Shown: piece by piece, positions 25,640 to 37,562 of the stretch
Layout: each line of letters opens with the position of its first letter
Position numbering within the stretch: the stretch's first letter is position 1
Assembly (NCBI RefSeq): GCF_009914755.1
Contig: NC_060946.1
Origin: the human T2T-CHM13v2.0 reference genome, Homo sapiens
Strand: one strand, 5' to 3'
Length of the DNA stretch: 64,000 nt
Position numbers and translations under genes: made by a program
The notes under the pieces: model-generated
Told to the model about the DNA's origin: nothing
The model's database searches: none
What the model saw: only the letters and a program-made list of their open reading frames with translations

Positions 25640-25930
25640 CTATTTATTTATGTATTTACTTGATACAGGGTCTTGCTTTGTCTTTCAGGCTAGTGTGCAG
25701 TAGTAGGATCACAGCTCCCTGCAGCCTCAACCTCCCAGGTTCAAACGATCCTCCCACCTCAGCCTCTAGCTGGGACTACAGGTGCACATTACCATGCCTG
25801 GATAATTTTTTGATTTTTTTTTAAAGATGGGATCTCACTATGTTTCCCAGGCTAGTCTTGAACTCCTGGCCTCAAGCAATCCTGCTACTTTATTCCCTCA
25901 CAGTGCTGGGATTACAGCATTGTGTCCAAC
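25640..25930 (-). mobile_element. AluJ (diverged)
   Basis: Alu dimer with perfect 16-bp TSD CTTTTTTGAACTTTTC at 25624-25639 and 25931-25946. Confidence 0.93.
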
Positions 25931-26486
25931 CTTTTTTGAACTTTTCAAAGCCTGCCTGAGAACCATGATCTCATGTAAGCCTAATAAGTAAGCTTACATG
26001 ATCTCATGTAAGCCCTGGAAGGTAGGAAGGACAGGCATGCTCTTTCCCATTTTACAGATGGAAAAATTGAGGCCCAGAGTGTTTGGGTGGGTTTGCCCAA
26101 GGGCACACAGCAAGTTCCAGCAGAGCTGGATCTGGATAGACCTTCTGACCCCTGTCCCCACCATCATCTCCTACGGGTGGCAAGGAGTCTGTTTATTTCC
26201 CAGGCTGGACTTCAGCCCATAGATACAGACGGGACACTCAGATGGAGTGTCCCAGTCAGGACACTCCAGGAGATGGGTCTTATGAACCTTCACACTGGTG
26301 AAGGCACCTGAGCTCTCTTACCTGGAGGACCTGGATGGACAGGAACAGAGGGCTTTGGGACAGATGAGGTCAGAAATCCACTTGCATCTCTGTTGGGATT
26401 GAACCTGGGGTGTTCACTGATTCTATTATCACCTGTGTCTCTTCCACTTGCTCTGTATTTCTGTCTCTGCCTCTTTCTCCACACAC

Positions 26487-26490
<4 letters not shown>

Positions 26491-26524
<34 letters not shown>
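26491..26524. repeat. (CA)n microsatellite
   Basis: Direct reading. Confidence 0.97.
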
Positions 26525-26526
<2 letters not shown>

Positions 26527-27209
26527 GTCTCTTATCTGACAGTTTTCCTCTTCTTCCACAAGTGATATCAAGAACATAAAGGCAGCTCTTTCTCTCCAAA
26601 TCGGTAGAAGCCATTGATCTGCAAGGTCTTAAATTTTCCACTACCTTGCTCATTTTAAAGGTAAGTTTCATGTCTCTTTGTTCCCTCCATTTGATACTAT
26701 AATTGGGGCATTTTCTTGATTCCTTAATTCAACCGCTCAATTTTGGAAATGCTCTTTCCATGGTCTCCCCCTAGGCCTCATTTGCCATACTTCTCTCCCC
26801 TCCCCCTCTTCATTCATTCCACACCTGGTTTGCATAATATCCTTACAATTGATATATTTCAGGAGAAAACAGTAATGATTTAAAATATCTTTGGATCATT
26901 TTAAAGCTGTGTTTGCAACAGGACTGCTGCTCTAGTCGAAAAGACTGCCTACAAATCCCCTTCTTGCCATTCAGGGACAGAGAAATAAAGTAAGGAGTGG
27001 AGATAAAACGATTACACAAATCCTGTGTTTCAGATCTTTGTTCTTCAGGCTTCCTATCAAATATTAGCAACTCGCCTCAAGGTGAAAAGAGGGAAAATGA
27101 GATCTCAGATAGAAACAGCAGGAGTCACCAAGCAGCATGTTCTTTCAGCTCCTGGATTCTGTTCAGCCCACCCCAGTGAGGACCATCCATGGGACTTTCT
27201 GCTCCTGAC

Positions 27210-27590
27210 TCGAGCAGAACTGGGCTCAAATCCCAGCTTTGTCACTTAATGGCTACGTAACCTTGAATACTAATTTTAATCCTCTGAGCTTTGGGTTCCT
27301 CTTCTGTTACTCATGGGTTTATTAAAATAGTAGTGATAGCCTGTTCTCAGGGATAGTGTCAGGCACTGTTAGTGATGATGACTATAGCAGCCAGTGGGTC
27401 CTAAGCACCCTTGAACGGGATTCTCAATGCATCCTCAGTACAGTCCTACAAGGGCTGATGTGATGATTATACCCATTGCACAGGTGCAGACACTGAGGAC
27501 CAGAGAGGCTCAGAGACTTACCCAGGGTCACACAGCTAGTAGGCAGCATGCAGGAGCTGATTTTTTGAAGCCTGTCTTCTTAACCATGCA
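27210..27590. mobile_element. Tail-to-tail MIR pair (+ then -)
   Basis: CTGGGCTCAAATCCCAGCT...; then CCCATTGCACAGGTGCAGACACTGAGG...CAGGGTCACACAGCTAGT. Confidence 0.75.
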
Positions 27591-28171
27591 TGAAAATGTC
27601 CAGATGCTATGACCTTCCCTATCTAGCACATACTTAGAAAATTTTTGTTCCTGCTCTTCTCCCAGAAAGGACACCATTACGACAAGAGATCAGTCTCAGA
27701 GCCTGGCATAATAAGTCTCTGTGTGCCTTCTCTCTAGAGGGCTCTGGAATGAAGACCTCTTTAATTAGTAGAATGATGCTCTTTGGGGCCAAAGTAAAGA
27801 GACAATAAAGCAACTCCCAGAGCGGACAAGTGTGTGAACCTGAGCCAAGCATTTCGTCCTGACATGGTGGAGATTAATGGTCTGTAAAGTGGTGCAACAA
27901 CTGTTTGTTAGGTTCAGCCTGTGGCTTCTGGAGGGCAGTCAATCTGCAGTGGTTTTGGAATTGCAGATTGAAAAGATGTCAGACCTCCCTTTGCTCCCGT
28001 ATGGGCCAGTCACCTGTGGTCACTGAAGCCCTGTCTGGCCAGGATCAGCAGTCCCCACCATGGCATAGGGTCCAGAAACCCCACTGCAGTCTTAGTTCTG
28101 GGACTGATCCCAGCTACCCATGAGGAATTCCGAGTGCTTACATACCTGCTGTGTTGTAACTGACCAGTTTG

Positions 28172-28962
28172 TCTTGTTCTCAAAGTTGCTGGTCTGTTTA
28201 CACTCTCAAATGATCAAAGACCCCGAAAAACTTTTGTTCATGTGGGTTGTATCAACAAAATTTCTAGTATTAGAAATTAAGATAGAAATGTTTTTAAAAA
28301 CATGCATTTATTAATTTATAAATAAAAATAATAGGCTGGTGTGGTGGCTCATGCCTGTAATCCCAGCAGTTTGGGGAGCTGAGGCAGGTGGATCACTTGA
28401 GGCCATGAGTTCGAGACCAGCCTGGCCAAAATGGCGAAACCCCATCTCTACTAAAAATGCAAAAATTAGCCGGGTGTGGTGGTGCACGCTTGTAATCCCA
28501 GCTACTTGGGAGGCTGAGGCACAAGAGTCGCTTAAACCTGGGAGGAAAAAGTTGCAGTGAGCTGAGATTGTACCACTGCACTACAGCCTAGGCAACAGAG
28601 CAAGACTGTCTCAAAAGAAAAAGAAAAAGAAAAAGAAAGAAACAATAATAAACCCAATAAGTAAAGTAACATATTCATTCTATGGGGAAATAACTAGATT
28701 TTTGCATAACCAAAGAAAAAATACGGAGAAGAGTGGCATTGTTTTACTTTTTTGCAATTCTCTTTAATGCCTAACTGAATAGAATGCCTAGATTCTTCTA
28801 GCTCCTTCTGCATGCAGTCTGTTGTGATGTGTTGGTTTTGGTGGAAGTCTATGAAGAAATTCTCACACAGACATGTATTTAGAGAAAGGAGGACAACAAG
28901 GACCCTCTGAAACATTCTTAGGCACTCCCAGGAGTCCTTGGACCACACTTTGAGAGCCACTG
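28172..28962 (-). mobile_element. hAT-Charlie (Charlie1-like) internally deleted DNA transposon, split by an Alu
   Basis: Terminal inverted sequences TTCTCAAAGTTGCTGGTC and GACCACACTTTGAGAGCCACTG; internal GAAGAGTGGCATTGTTTTAC. Confidence 0.7.
28334..28642 (+). mobile_element. AluS
   Basis: Full Alu, (GAAAAA)n tail, flanking AATAATA duplication. Confidence 0.95.
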
Positions 28963-29082
28963 AATTTTAGGGTCAACATTATTTATTCATTCATCTAATC
29001 AGTCATTTACTCAGCAAATGGAAATTCAGCGTGCATTTTGGGTACTTTAAGAACTGGAGATATGGAGGTAAATAAACTGTGG

Positions 29083-29271
29083 TACTTATTCTCAGTGCCT
29101 CATCCACTATAGACGAGGAGACTGAGGCTCAGTATTTATTCTCAGTGCTTCATCCACTATAGATGAGGAGACTGAGGCTCAGAGGGGTAATGTCCCTTGT
29201 CTCTGGTTGTCTGTGTCCCAACCAGAGACAAGAGACATTACCTCTCTGAGCCTCAGTCACATCTATAGTGG
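29083..29271. repeat. MIR-derived 50-bp tandem duplication plus long inverted repeat (hairpin)
   Basis: 29083-29132 vs 29133-29182 match at 47/50; 29170-29209 is the reverse complement of 29219-29258 at 38/40, plus a 12-bp outer stem. Confidence 0.95.
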
Positions 29272-29339
29272 CTAAAAACATGGATCTGTTTCTTAATCAG
29301 TCTAGATTCAGGATAACTGATGTAGGGGTCTGTATAATT

Positions 29340-29642
29340 TGACGATGATGATGATGATAATGGTGGTAGTGATGATGATGGTGATAGCGATAATTTAATG
29401 ATGATGGCAATGATAGTGATGATGGTGATGATGGCCATGTTGGTGATGAAGATAGTGATAACTTGATGATGATGATGGTGATGATCATAATGATAATCAT
29501 GGCAATGATGGTGGTGGTGATACTAATAATGGAGATGATGATGATGATGATAGCGATGATGATGATGGTGATGGTTATGATGCTGATGATGACAGTGATG
29601 ATGATGATGGTGATGGTCATGGTATAATGGTGATGATAATAG
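29340..29642. repeat. Degenerate (GAT/GGT)n trinucleotide array, about 300 bp
   Basis: Direct reading. Confidence 0.95.
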
Positions 29643-30339
29643 ACATGCTCACATACCAGATTCTGTCCTACCTTTAGGTCAGAATCTTTAAAACAGTTCC
29701 ATGAAGTAAATCTGCTATTCTATTCATTTTACCAACAGGGACACAGAAAAGTTGTGTAGTTTGCCCAAGGGCACACACTAAGCAGCAGAGCTGGGATTCA
29801 AACCCAGGCATTTGAGTTCCAGGTACTGTGTTCTTGGCTGTCAGAATGTGCGTATAGTCCCTGTTACAGACAGCAGTCTCAGGCAGAGAATTGTCGGCCA
29901 AGGTGGGAAAATCTCTGGAGTTTCAGTCAGCAACTAAAAATACAGAGTGCATGCTAAATAGGCAAAGCTCGGTTTATGCAGTGTTATGTTTGTTAAATAT
30001 TTGATCTGGGAGAATTAAATGGCATTTTCTCTCTAGAGGACTGAGGCTGACAGGCCCCCAAGAAATAAAGCTGATGAAAATAGCCCTGATTGTAATCATA
30101 CTCAAATGTGTACAGTTCACAGAATGCCTCCATATATGCTAGCTTATTTAATCCTCTATTTAAATGATGCTCACCAGTCCCCTAGCAAATCTACCCTCCA
30201 CTTTTTATTCCGACAGCTTTGGCCTTGAATCAGGATTCGTCACTACTGCTCTGGATTTTTGCTACAGCCTCCAAACTGCTAACCTCTGTCTATCCACTGC
30301 CCCATGGCCCCCGAATGCTTCCTCCAGAGGTTTCCTTCA

Positions 30340-30600
30340 ATAATAATGCTAATGGCAGTTAGTATTAGTTAAGCACTTACCGTGTGCCAGGTACACTGCT
30401 CAATACTAGGTGTGGATTATATTATCTGCTCCTCTCCGTGATTATGACTTACATATTTTTATTACCACGTCCCCATTTTACAGATAAGGAAAATGAAACT
30501 TAGAGAAGTCACATGATTTATCCAAAGACACACAACAAGGAGACAGAGATCTGGGACTTGAATGCAGCTGTCTGATTCTCTAGCTTGTTTTTAACCGTAA
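30340..30600 (-). mobile_element. MIR inside L2 remnants
   Basis: CCCCATTTTACAGATAAGGAAAATGAAACTTAGAGAAGT. Confidence 0.85.
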
Positions 30601-31895
30601 AGCAACCCTACCTCCCGTCAGCAAAGTGACCTAATCCATTGTTGCCCTCTGTGGACTCTCAGGTCCTTAATGGTCATAAGAAAAAGTCACAATGATGGTG
30701 ATAATGAAGATGATGGTGGTGATCCTATAATAGTGATGGCATTATTCAATATGGCACCCAAGTCCTTCAAAAGCTGATTCCTGACTTATCTCCTGGAGTC
30801 TCCTTCCTGCCTCACCTATCACCACGCACCCCACTCTCAAGCCACACCAAAATCCTTCATTCACCTTAACTTATCACAGTGCTTCATCTCTGCATGTGCC
30901 ATTTCCTCCCCTGACCACCATACCTTCCTCACCAGTCAAATTCCTACATAGCCTTGAAGACCTAGCCCCATAGTCCACCTGGAAAAAAATAATGGATGAC
31001 TTTCTGTTTCTTCAGTGCACTATCAGAGTACTCCATTCCCACTTGAATTTAACTTTATTATGTGTGTTTTGTAGGGCATTGGAGAAGAGCATGGGCCGTG
31101 GATTCAGAATCCCTGGCCCACACACAGCCTCTACCACTTACTAATTGTATGTTACTAATTGCCTATGCTCAGGTGATTTTATGAGCCCTAGTGTCCCCAT
31201 CTGTAAAAACGGGTTTGACAACAGGGTTATCTACTCTCCCAAGGCTATTCTGATGATGCAGGAGGGGGAACTCTCTAGATTACTGGAGAAGAGAATAGCC
31301 AGATTGTCTAGGCTCACTGGACACTAACCCAGGTGTGGCCTTAGAATTAAGGATGCTGCTGCAGAGTGCTTTCACCAGGATGCTCTCCCAGTGCCTGGAA
31401 ATCAAGAGAGACCCAGGTGTCTGTCAGAATGGCCTAAAAAGGGCATAGACCGTGTAGGTTCTATCTAAAAGGATAGCTCCAATAAATGGAGTTATAAGGC
31501 TGCAAGAAACGAGCTTCTCTCAGTTCTGCCAGGCCCCTTGGCTTTAGGGTATAGGTCTAATCTCACGGAGCATGTTTTGGGGTTGGGATGAGGCAAGGTG
31601 TTTTCCAGCCAACCCGTGGCCCACCTGGGAGTCTACAGAGGGCTCAATAGGATAATCTGTGACAATCACTTACACAGTGCCTGGGGCAAAGTGCTTTATA
31701 AATGTTACCTGTTTTTAGCCACAAGAATGATGCATTGCTGTTTCTCATTTTCTGCTTGAGGTATCTCCCCTATGGTTTCTTTGGGTGAAGAACTGGGGTC
31801 ATTTCCCTAGCTACCAAAAACAAACAAACAAACAAAAAAACAGTTTGGCCAAGGCAAAGAGCCCCCTGGGCATTTGAAATAACCAAAGTGGAACC

Positions 31896-32072
31896 TGTGT
31901 GTAGGGGTGTGTGTGTGTTTGTGTGTGTGTGTGTGTATGCCTGCATTAGCACCTGAATCCCATCTAGTGGGATTCATACACTCACACACATACACACTCA
32001 CATGCACACACACATGCATGCACACACATGCATTCATGTACACATGCCCACACATGCATTTGCACACACACA
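31896..32072. repeat. (GT)n tract followed by a degenerate (CA)n tract
   Basis: Direct reading; the two tracts are mutually complementary. Confidence 0.9.
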
Positions 32073-33214
32073 TAGCCTTCCACTTTTCTCATGGTGCTTG
32101 CCCCTTCTCTGTCTTGAGCAGCCTCAGCTCAGCCAGTCCCTTCCCATCTTCCTTACAGCTGCATCTCCTCCATACTCTCTTCTTTCCCTTCCTCGTTACA
32201 ACTCTTGCCCATTGCCTTATAAAAATCTGCACCCTTTCCAAACTGACTGCCACATTCCTCTCCGGCATTTTTCTTCCCATCCTATTTCCAAGTCCCCCGC
32301 CATCTCCAGCCCAGCACCAGGGACTTTTAGAGACCCTCAGTCCTCTAAATAGAGGGAAAATGTTGCTGCCTCCAGCAAGGTGTAGAGAAGCTGCCAGCCG
32401 CCAGCGTCATCATATCCAATAGGCATGATGTTTTCAGTAGTGGTGAGACTAAAACTTTCACTCTGTCCACTGCTGGGGGCTAGAGGCTGTGGCCCTGCTG
32501 CTCTCCCCACACCTGGATCCCTGGGTTTTGAACATGGGGCGTCCTCTGTCTAAAACTCTCATTTCCACTTCACCTTCTCTTTGCTTGTCTAGCTTCTCTA
32601 GTTTTAAGATTCCTTCTAGATATCCCCTCTTCCAGGAAGCCTTCTCTGATCCTCAGACTGAATCCGGTCTCCTCTGGACTCTCAAGCTGCCTCAGCTTCC
32701 CACTTTAGAGCACTCAATAAACTGAGATCTAACTGTCTGACAGTGATTCCATAAACTATACTTGCTCACCATAATATTTCTGGAACCTGGTACATATTTT
32801 TCATAATGAATAATGAAAAGAATGCAATTCTCCCCAAGTGAAACATGATTTGTGTGATACTAGATAATTTTCCAGGATGCTTCCCCAATTTGCCTCCTGC
32901 CCCAGGGGCAACCACACCAGGCTGCTGTTCAGCTCAGAGTTGTCTGCCACATGACATGTTAAGCCAGCCCTAAAATGACAGAGGATGTGGCTGAGAAGCC
33001 AATAATGCTCTTCTTTGTCCAGAGTGAAAACTCCATGGGTTTAGGCAGGGACTAAGCAAAGAGTGCAGTGGATACCATTAGCTATTGTTCTTCCCTCTTT
33101 CCAGGTGGGAAAGTATTTTCCTCCTAATAAGATATGGGCTGCTGGGTCCTGCACTCCCCTGGGCTGACAGCAACTAGGGAAATGAGATCCAAAATATTCT
33201 ATTTGTTAGGGACC

Positions 33215-33584
33215 TGTATTAGTCCATTCCCATGGTCACTCTGCTATGAAGAAATACCTGAGACTGGATAATTTATAAAGAAAAGGGGTTTAATTGACTC
33301 ACAGTTCCTCATGGCTGAGGAGGCCTCAGGAAACTCACAGTTATGGCGGAAGGAACCTCTTCACAGGGTGGCAGGAGAGAGAATGAGTGCAGAGCAAAGG
33401 GGTGAAAAGCCCCTTATGAAACCATAAGATCTCATGAGAACTCACTCATTATCATGAGAACTGCATGGGGGAACCACTCTCATAATCTAGTCACCTCCAA
33501 GGAAGTCCCTTCCATGACACGTGGAGATTATGGGAACTACAATTCAAGATGAGATTTGAGTGGGGACAGAAACAAACCATATCA
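33215..33584 (-). mobile_element. THE1 (THE1C-like) MaLR solo LTR
   Basis: TGTATTAGTCCATT...GAGATTTGAGTGGGGACA...AAACCATATCA; 5-bp TSD GGACC/GGGCC. Confidence 0.92.
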
Positions 33585-33789
33585 GGGCCTCAGGAGGGTG
33601 TCCTACAATGGATTTGTCTCTTATAAACTCCTTTTGGGCCTTTGTGGTCACAAATCATGATAGGTTTGGTCTTAGGTGGACAGTGTTCTGTTGTGGAAAC
33701 ATGCATGGTTTCTACCCATTGTTATTCAAACATTGCCTTTTCTAGTAACCTTTGATGACATATTTTTACCTAAGATCTATGAAAGAACT

Positions 33790-34304
33790 TGGCAGGTTGT
33801 AGTTTTCAAAACTGTGTGTGTGTATATATATATATAAGAATGGTGGAAGTGATGCCATGGGACTTCCAAGATGAGGTCATAAACAGGAGACAGTTTTCTC
33901 CTGCAGCTCCCCTCTGCATCTCTCTCTCCTTCTCCTTCTCCTTCTCTCTCACCCCCCTCTCTCTTTCCAATTACTTCTGGAATACATCCATCATGCTATG
34001 AGGAAGCCCAAACCAGCCCATGCTGAAAGACTACACAGACAGGGGCCACACAGAGAAGAAATGAGTTTGCAACCGATAGTCAACATCAACCTCTAGACAT
34101 AAGAATAAATGGGACTCGAGATGATTCCAGCTCCAGCCTTCAAGTCTTCCAGCAGAGATTCTAGGAATTGTGGAGCTGAGACAAACCATTCCTGCTGTTC
34201 CCTGTCTGAATTCCTGGCCCTCAGAATCTGTGAGCATCTAAATGGTTGTTTTACACCACTGAGTTCCGGGGCAATCTGTTATACAGCTGAAGCAACAGAA
34301 ACAA
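33790..34304 (+). mobile_element. MLT1 (G/H-like) MaLR LTR
   Basis: AGAATGGTGGAAGTGATG...GAGGAAGCCCAA...TGGTTGTTTTACACCACTGAGTT. Confidence 0.75.
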
Positions 34305-35384
34305 GACTGGAATACAAAAATAGAGACTCAAAGAAATTGTGAATGCGTAGAAATTAATCAGAGGGGCCATTAAACTCTTATCTCTGTATAAGCAACGACC
34401 TTGAAGTCATAACTCATCAACTAAGTGGGAATATCAAAAGTGACCACCTAAAATGATCATGATGATTAATAACCTCATTTTATAGGTGATGAAGCTGAGG
34501 TCCAGAGAGACTGCCCATGAAATGATCAAGCAGAGACCCACCCACATCCAGGTTTGTAAAGCTCCTGGCATACAATACAGGTAACGTGATAGTCTCTCCT
34601 GGTGAGAATGGTAATAATTGGTAAAGATTTATTGAATATTCATCATTCACTGACATTGTTAAATGTTGTCTTCACCATACTCCTTCCAGGTAGGTGTTAT
34701 TGTTTCCATTTCACAGATGATAAAATTAGGGTTCAAGGCGAGGAGAAGTGACTTGTCCATGGTGAGACAGCCAGGAAGTAATGATGCTGAGTCCAGAACC
34801 CAGATCTGTCCCTCCCCAGTGGCTGCTCACTGTTCATGCTGCCTGTTCTGTCGCCACTTTCTGCTTTCTGTATCTCAAGAACATGAACAATGTCTTCAGT
34901 GTTAATGCATGTGGAGACACTAAGCTAGAAGAGGGTTTGGCTATTGTCTTCCAAGTCAGATACCCATGCTTTGAATATTTCATCTGATACTTACAACCTA
35001 TGAAACTTGGGTATGATGTCAATTCACCTCTTTGAGCCTCAACTTTCTTGTCAGTAAATGGAATTCAAATCCCTTCTAGATGTGAGTATCAGATTAGACA
35101 AAGTGTGTAAGGAGACTAACACAGCTCCCATTAAATATTAGGCACCCAATTCCATTTGATTCTCTCTTTTAATTATCATTTAAAGACCATTCCCCATCCT
35201 GTCCCACTGCAAAGAGCTTTCAATAACAAAACTAACAGCTTACAGTGGTGGAGAGCTTGCTATGTAGTAGGCATTGTTTCAAGTGCTTTACACAAGTTGC
35301 ATTTAAGCTTCATAATCGTATTATGAGGTCTGGGTACCATCGCTATCTTTATAGACCAGAAAACCAAGACACAGGTAAAGTTCT

Positions 35385-35851
35385 TGTATTAGTGCACTAT
35401 GGTTTCCATAAGAAAGTACCACAAATGGTGGCTTAGAACAACAGAAATGTATTATCTCCCAGTTCTGGAGGCCAGAAGTCTGAAATCAAGGTGTCAACAA
35501 GACTGTGATTCCTCTGAAAGTGCTAAGGGAGGACCTGTTCCAGGCCCCACTTAGCTTCTGGTGGTTTGCTGGCAATCTTTGGTGTTCCTTGCCTTGTAGA
35601 AGCATCACACTGATCTTTGCCTTCATCTTCACATGACATTCTCCCTGAGTGTGTGTGTCTGTGTTCAGATTCCCTATTTTTATAAAGACACAAGTCATAT
35701 TGGATTAGGGGCCCACCTTACTCAAGTATGATCTCATCTTAACTAATTACATCTACAACAATCCTGTATCTAAATAAGAACACATTCTGAGAAACTTGGG
35801 ATTAGGACTTCAACATGCAAATTTGGGGAGCACACAACTCAATCCATAGCA
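35385..35851 (-). mobile_element. MLT1B/C MaLR LTR inserted into a MIR
   Basis: TGTATTAG...AGTTCTGGAGGCCAGAAGTCTGAAATCAAGGTGTC...GGATTAGGGGCCCACC...TCAATCCATAGCA. Confidence 0.88.
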
Positions 35852-37562
35852 ATTATCTTGTTCAAGATCACACAACTAATAAATGGCAGGGACAGGCTTC
35901 AAATTTGGTTAGGCTGTCTGCAGCATCTGTGTTCTTGAATATGCTGATAATAGTCTTCCCCATAGATGGATGGGGCAAAGGAGTCTCTGGAAAGAAAACA
36001 TAGCTTGCAAGCCCAGTTGTGCCATCCTGGAAGTTCTCTAGCTCCCCATAACCAGCCCCCATCATAGTGTGACTCAGGCAGCTTGGGAACACTGGGGGTG
36101 GCTTCCCCAACAACTCCACTCAAGCACAAGAACAGTTCGTTTGCTAAAGTAATTAAAAACATAATCTGCGCTATTAAATTCCTCCTCCATTTTTCTACTG
36201 TACGTGTTCCTCAGCGTGCTGAGTTATATGCCTCTCCTAATCATTGCTGACACGTTGGCTCTGCCCACAGCTCCCTCCTAAACTGCCATTCGTTAGAGGT
36301 GATGGGGGTTTGAGACAGTTTGTTTTAATGTCAGGATCGACATCCCTGATAATTATATACACACCCCATTTGCTGGAAATTCACTGCTTAAATAAGAGGC
36401 TGGGTTGACAGCTCTGACGCCTCAGCTCTCTCATCAGCCGCAGATAGGGGTGCATGCCCAGGGTACGGGTGGTAGTCTCTTCCTATGGGAGTTCACTCTG
36501 AGCTGGCTTTTAGTGGTGTCAAATGACAGTCGTCATGCAGTTTGAACTGGAGGAGTCAGTCCTTGACAGCCCAGACCATTTGGAGAAGGATCACCCAACC
36601 CACCAATTGTCTCTCCCACAGCACATACCCTTTTTACCTGTGAGAGTAAAAAATTAAATGTACACTTAATAGAGAATGCTCTGGTTCTCTTTTTGTTGGA
36701 AGCATTTATTGATGTGTCTATCATGGGGGCATGATGAATGAAAAACTATCACTTATTTACGCACCCGCTGTACCTCACACACTACTAGACCATCCATATC
36801 GTCTGAATCTTCATAGTAGCCCTGAGATAGTATTTTTACATTTCTGGATGATGAAACCAAAGCACACAGAAGAGAAAGGACCTGACCAAGGCAGGGCAGC
36901 TGAATTGAGATTTCAAGATGCCTGCTATGATTTGACCTCTTTTTACCACTTTATGCTGTTGATAACACCTTTCCATGAAACTCCTCTTCTGTTAGGCTCG
37001 GAAGCACTTCCTTTTCTTGGTTTCATTCCTACCTTTCTGGTCTTTTCCTACTGTTTCTTTTTCTACTCAGGCTCTTCTCTGCTGTTTCAGCATAAAATAT
37101 CAATGTGCCCCAGGGATTTTCTAAGTTCAGTCCTCTCCTCTTCCCACTACCCAAAATGTTCCCTGGAGGATCCCACCCAAGCCAGTGGCTTCATCCTTCA
37201 GCGATAGGCTGAGAGTTCCCAAGTCCATAGATCTAGCTGGGGCTTCTTGGCTGAGCTATAAATCCAAATATCTAACCACCTTCTGTACATGTACATGGGG
37301 GAGACACATAGACTCCATACGCATGTGTCACATCCAATTTGCTTCTCCTCTACAATCTCTGATTTGGGAATTGGTGCCATCATGCAATCCCCTGCCCAAA
37401 TCAGAAACTGGACAGTTACTCTGGACTCCTCCTAACTCCCTATCCCAGACACACATAGGTAATTAACCCTCAGATTCTGTATCTGCTCCCTCTTTTTCAT
37501 AAACATATTCTCCCTGAAGATTTTTAACTGCTTCTCTCAATTGCCTCCTTTTTGTCTCCCAT

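Noticed and set aside
29253-29620. Poly-Ile / poly-His / poly-Ser ORFs resembling membrane or His-rich proteins
   Set aside because: Translation of the (GAT/GGT)n repeat.
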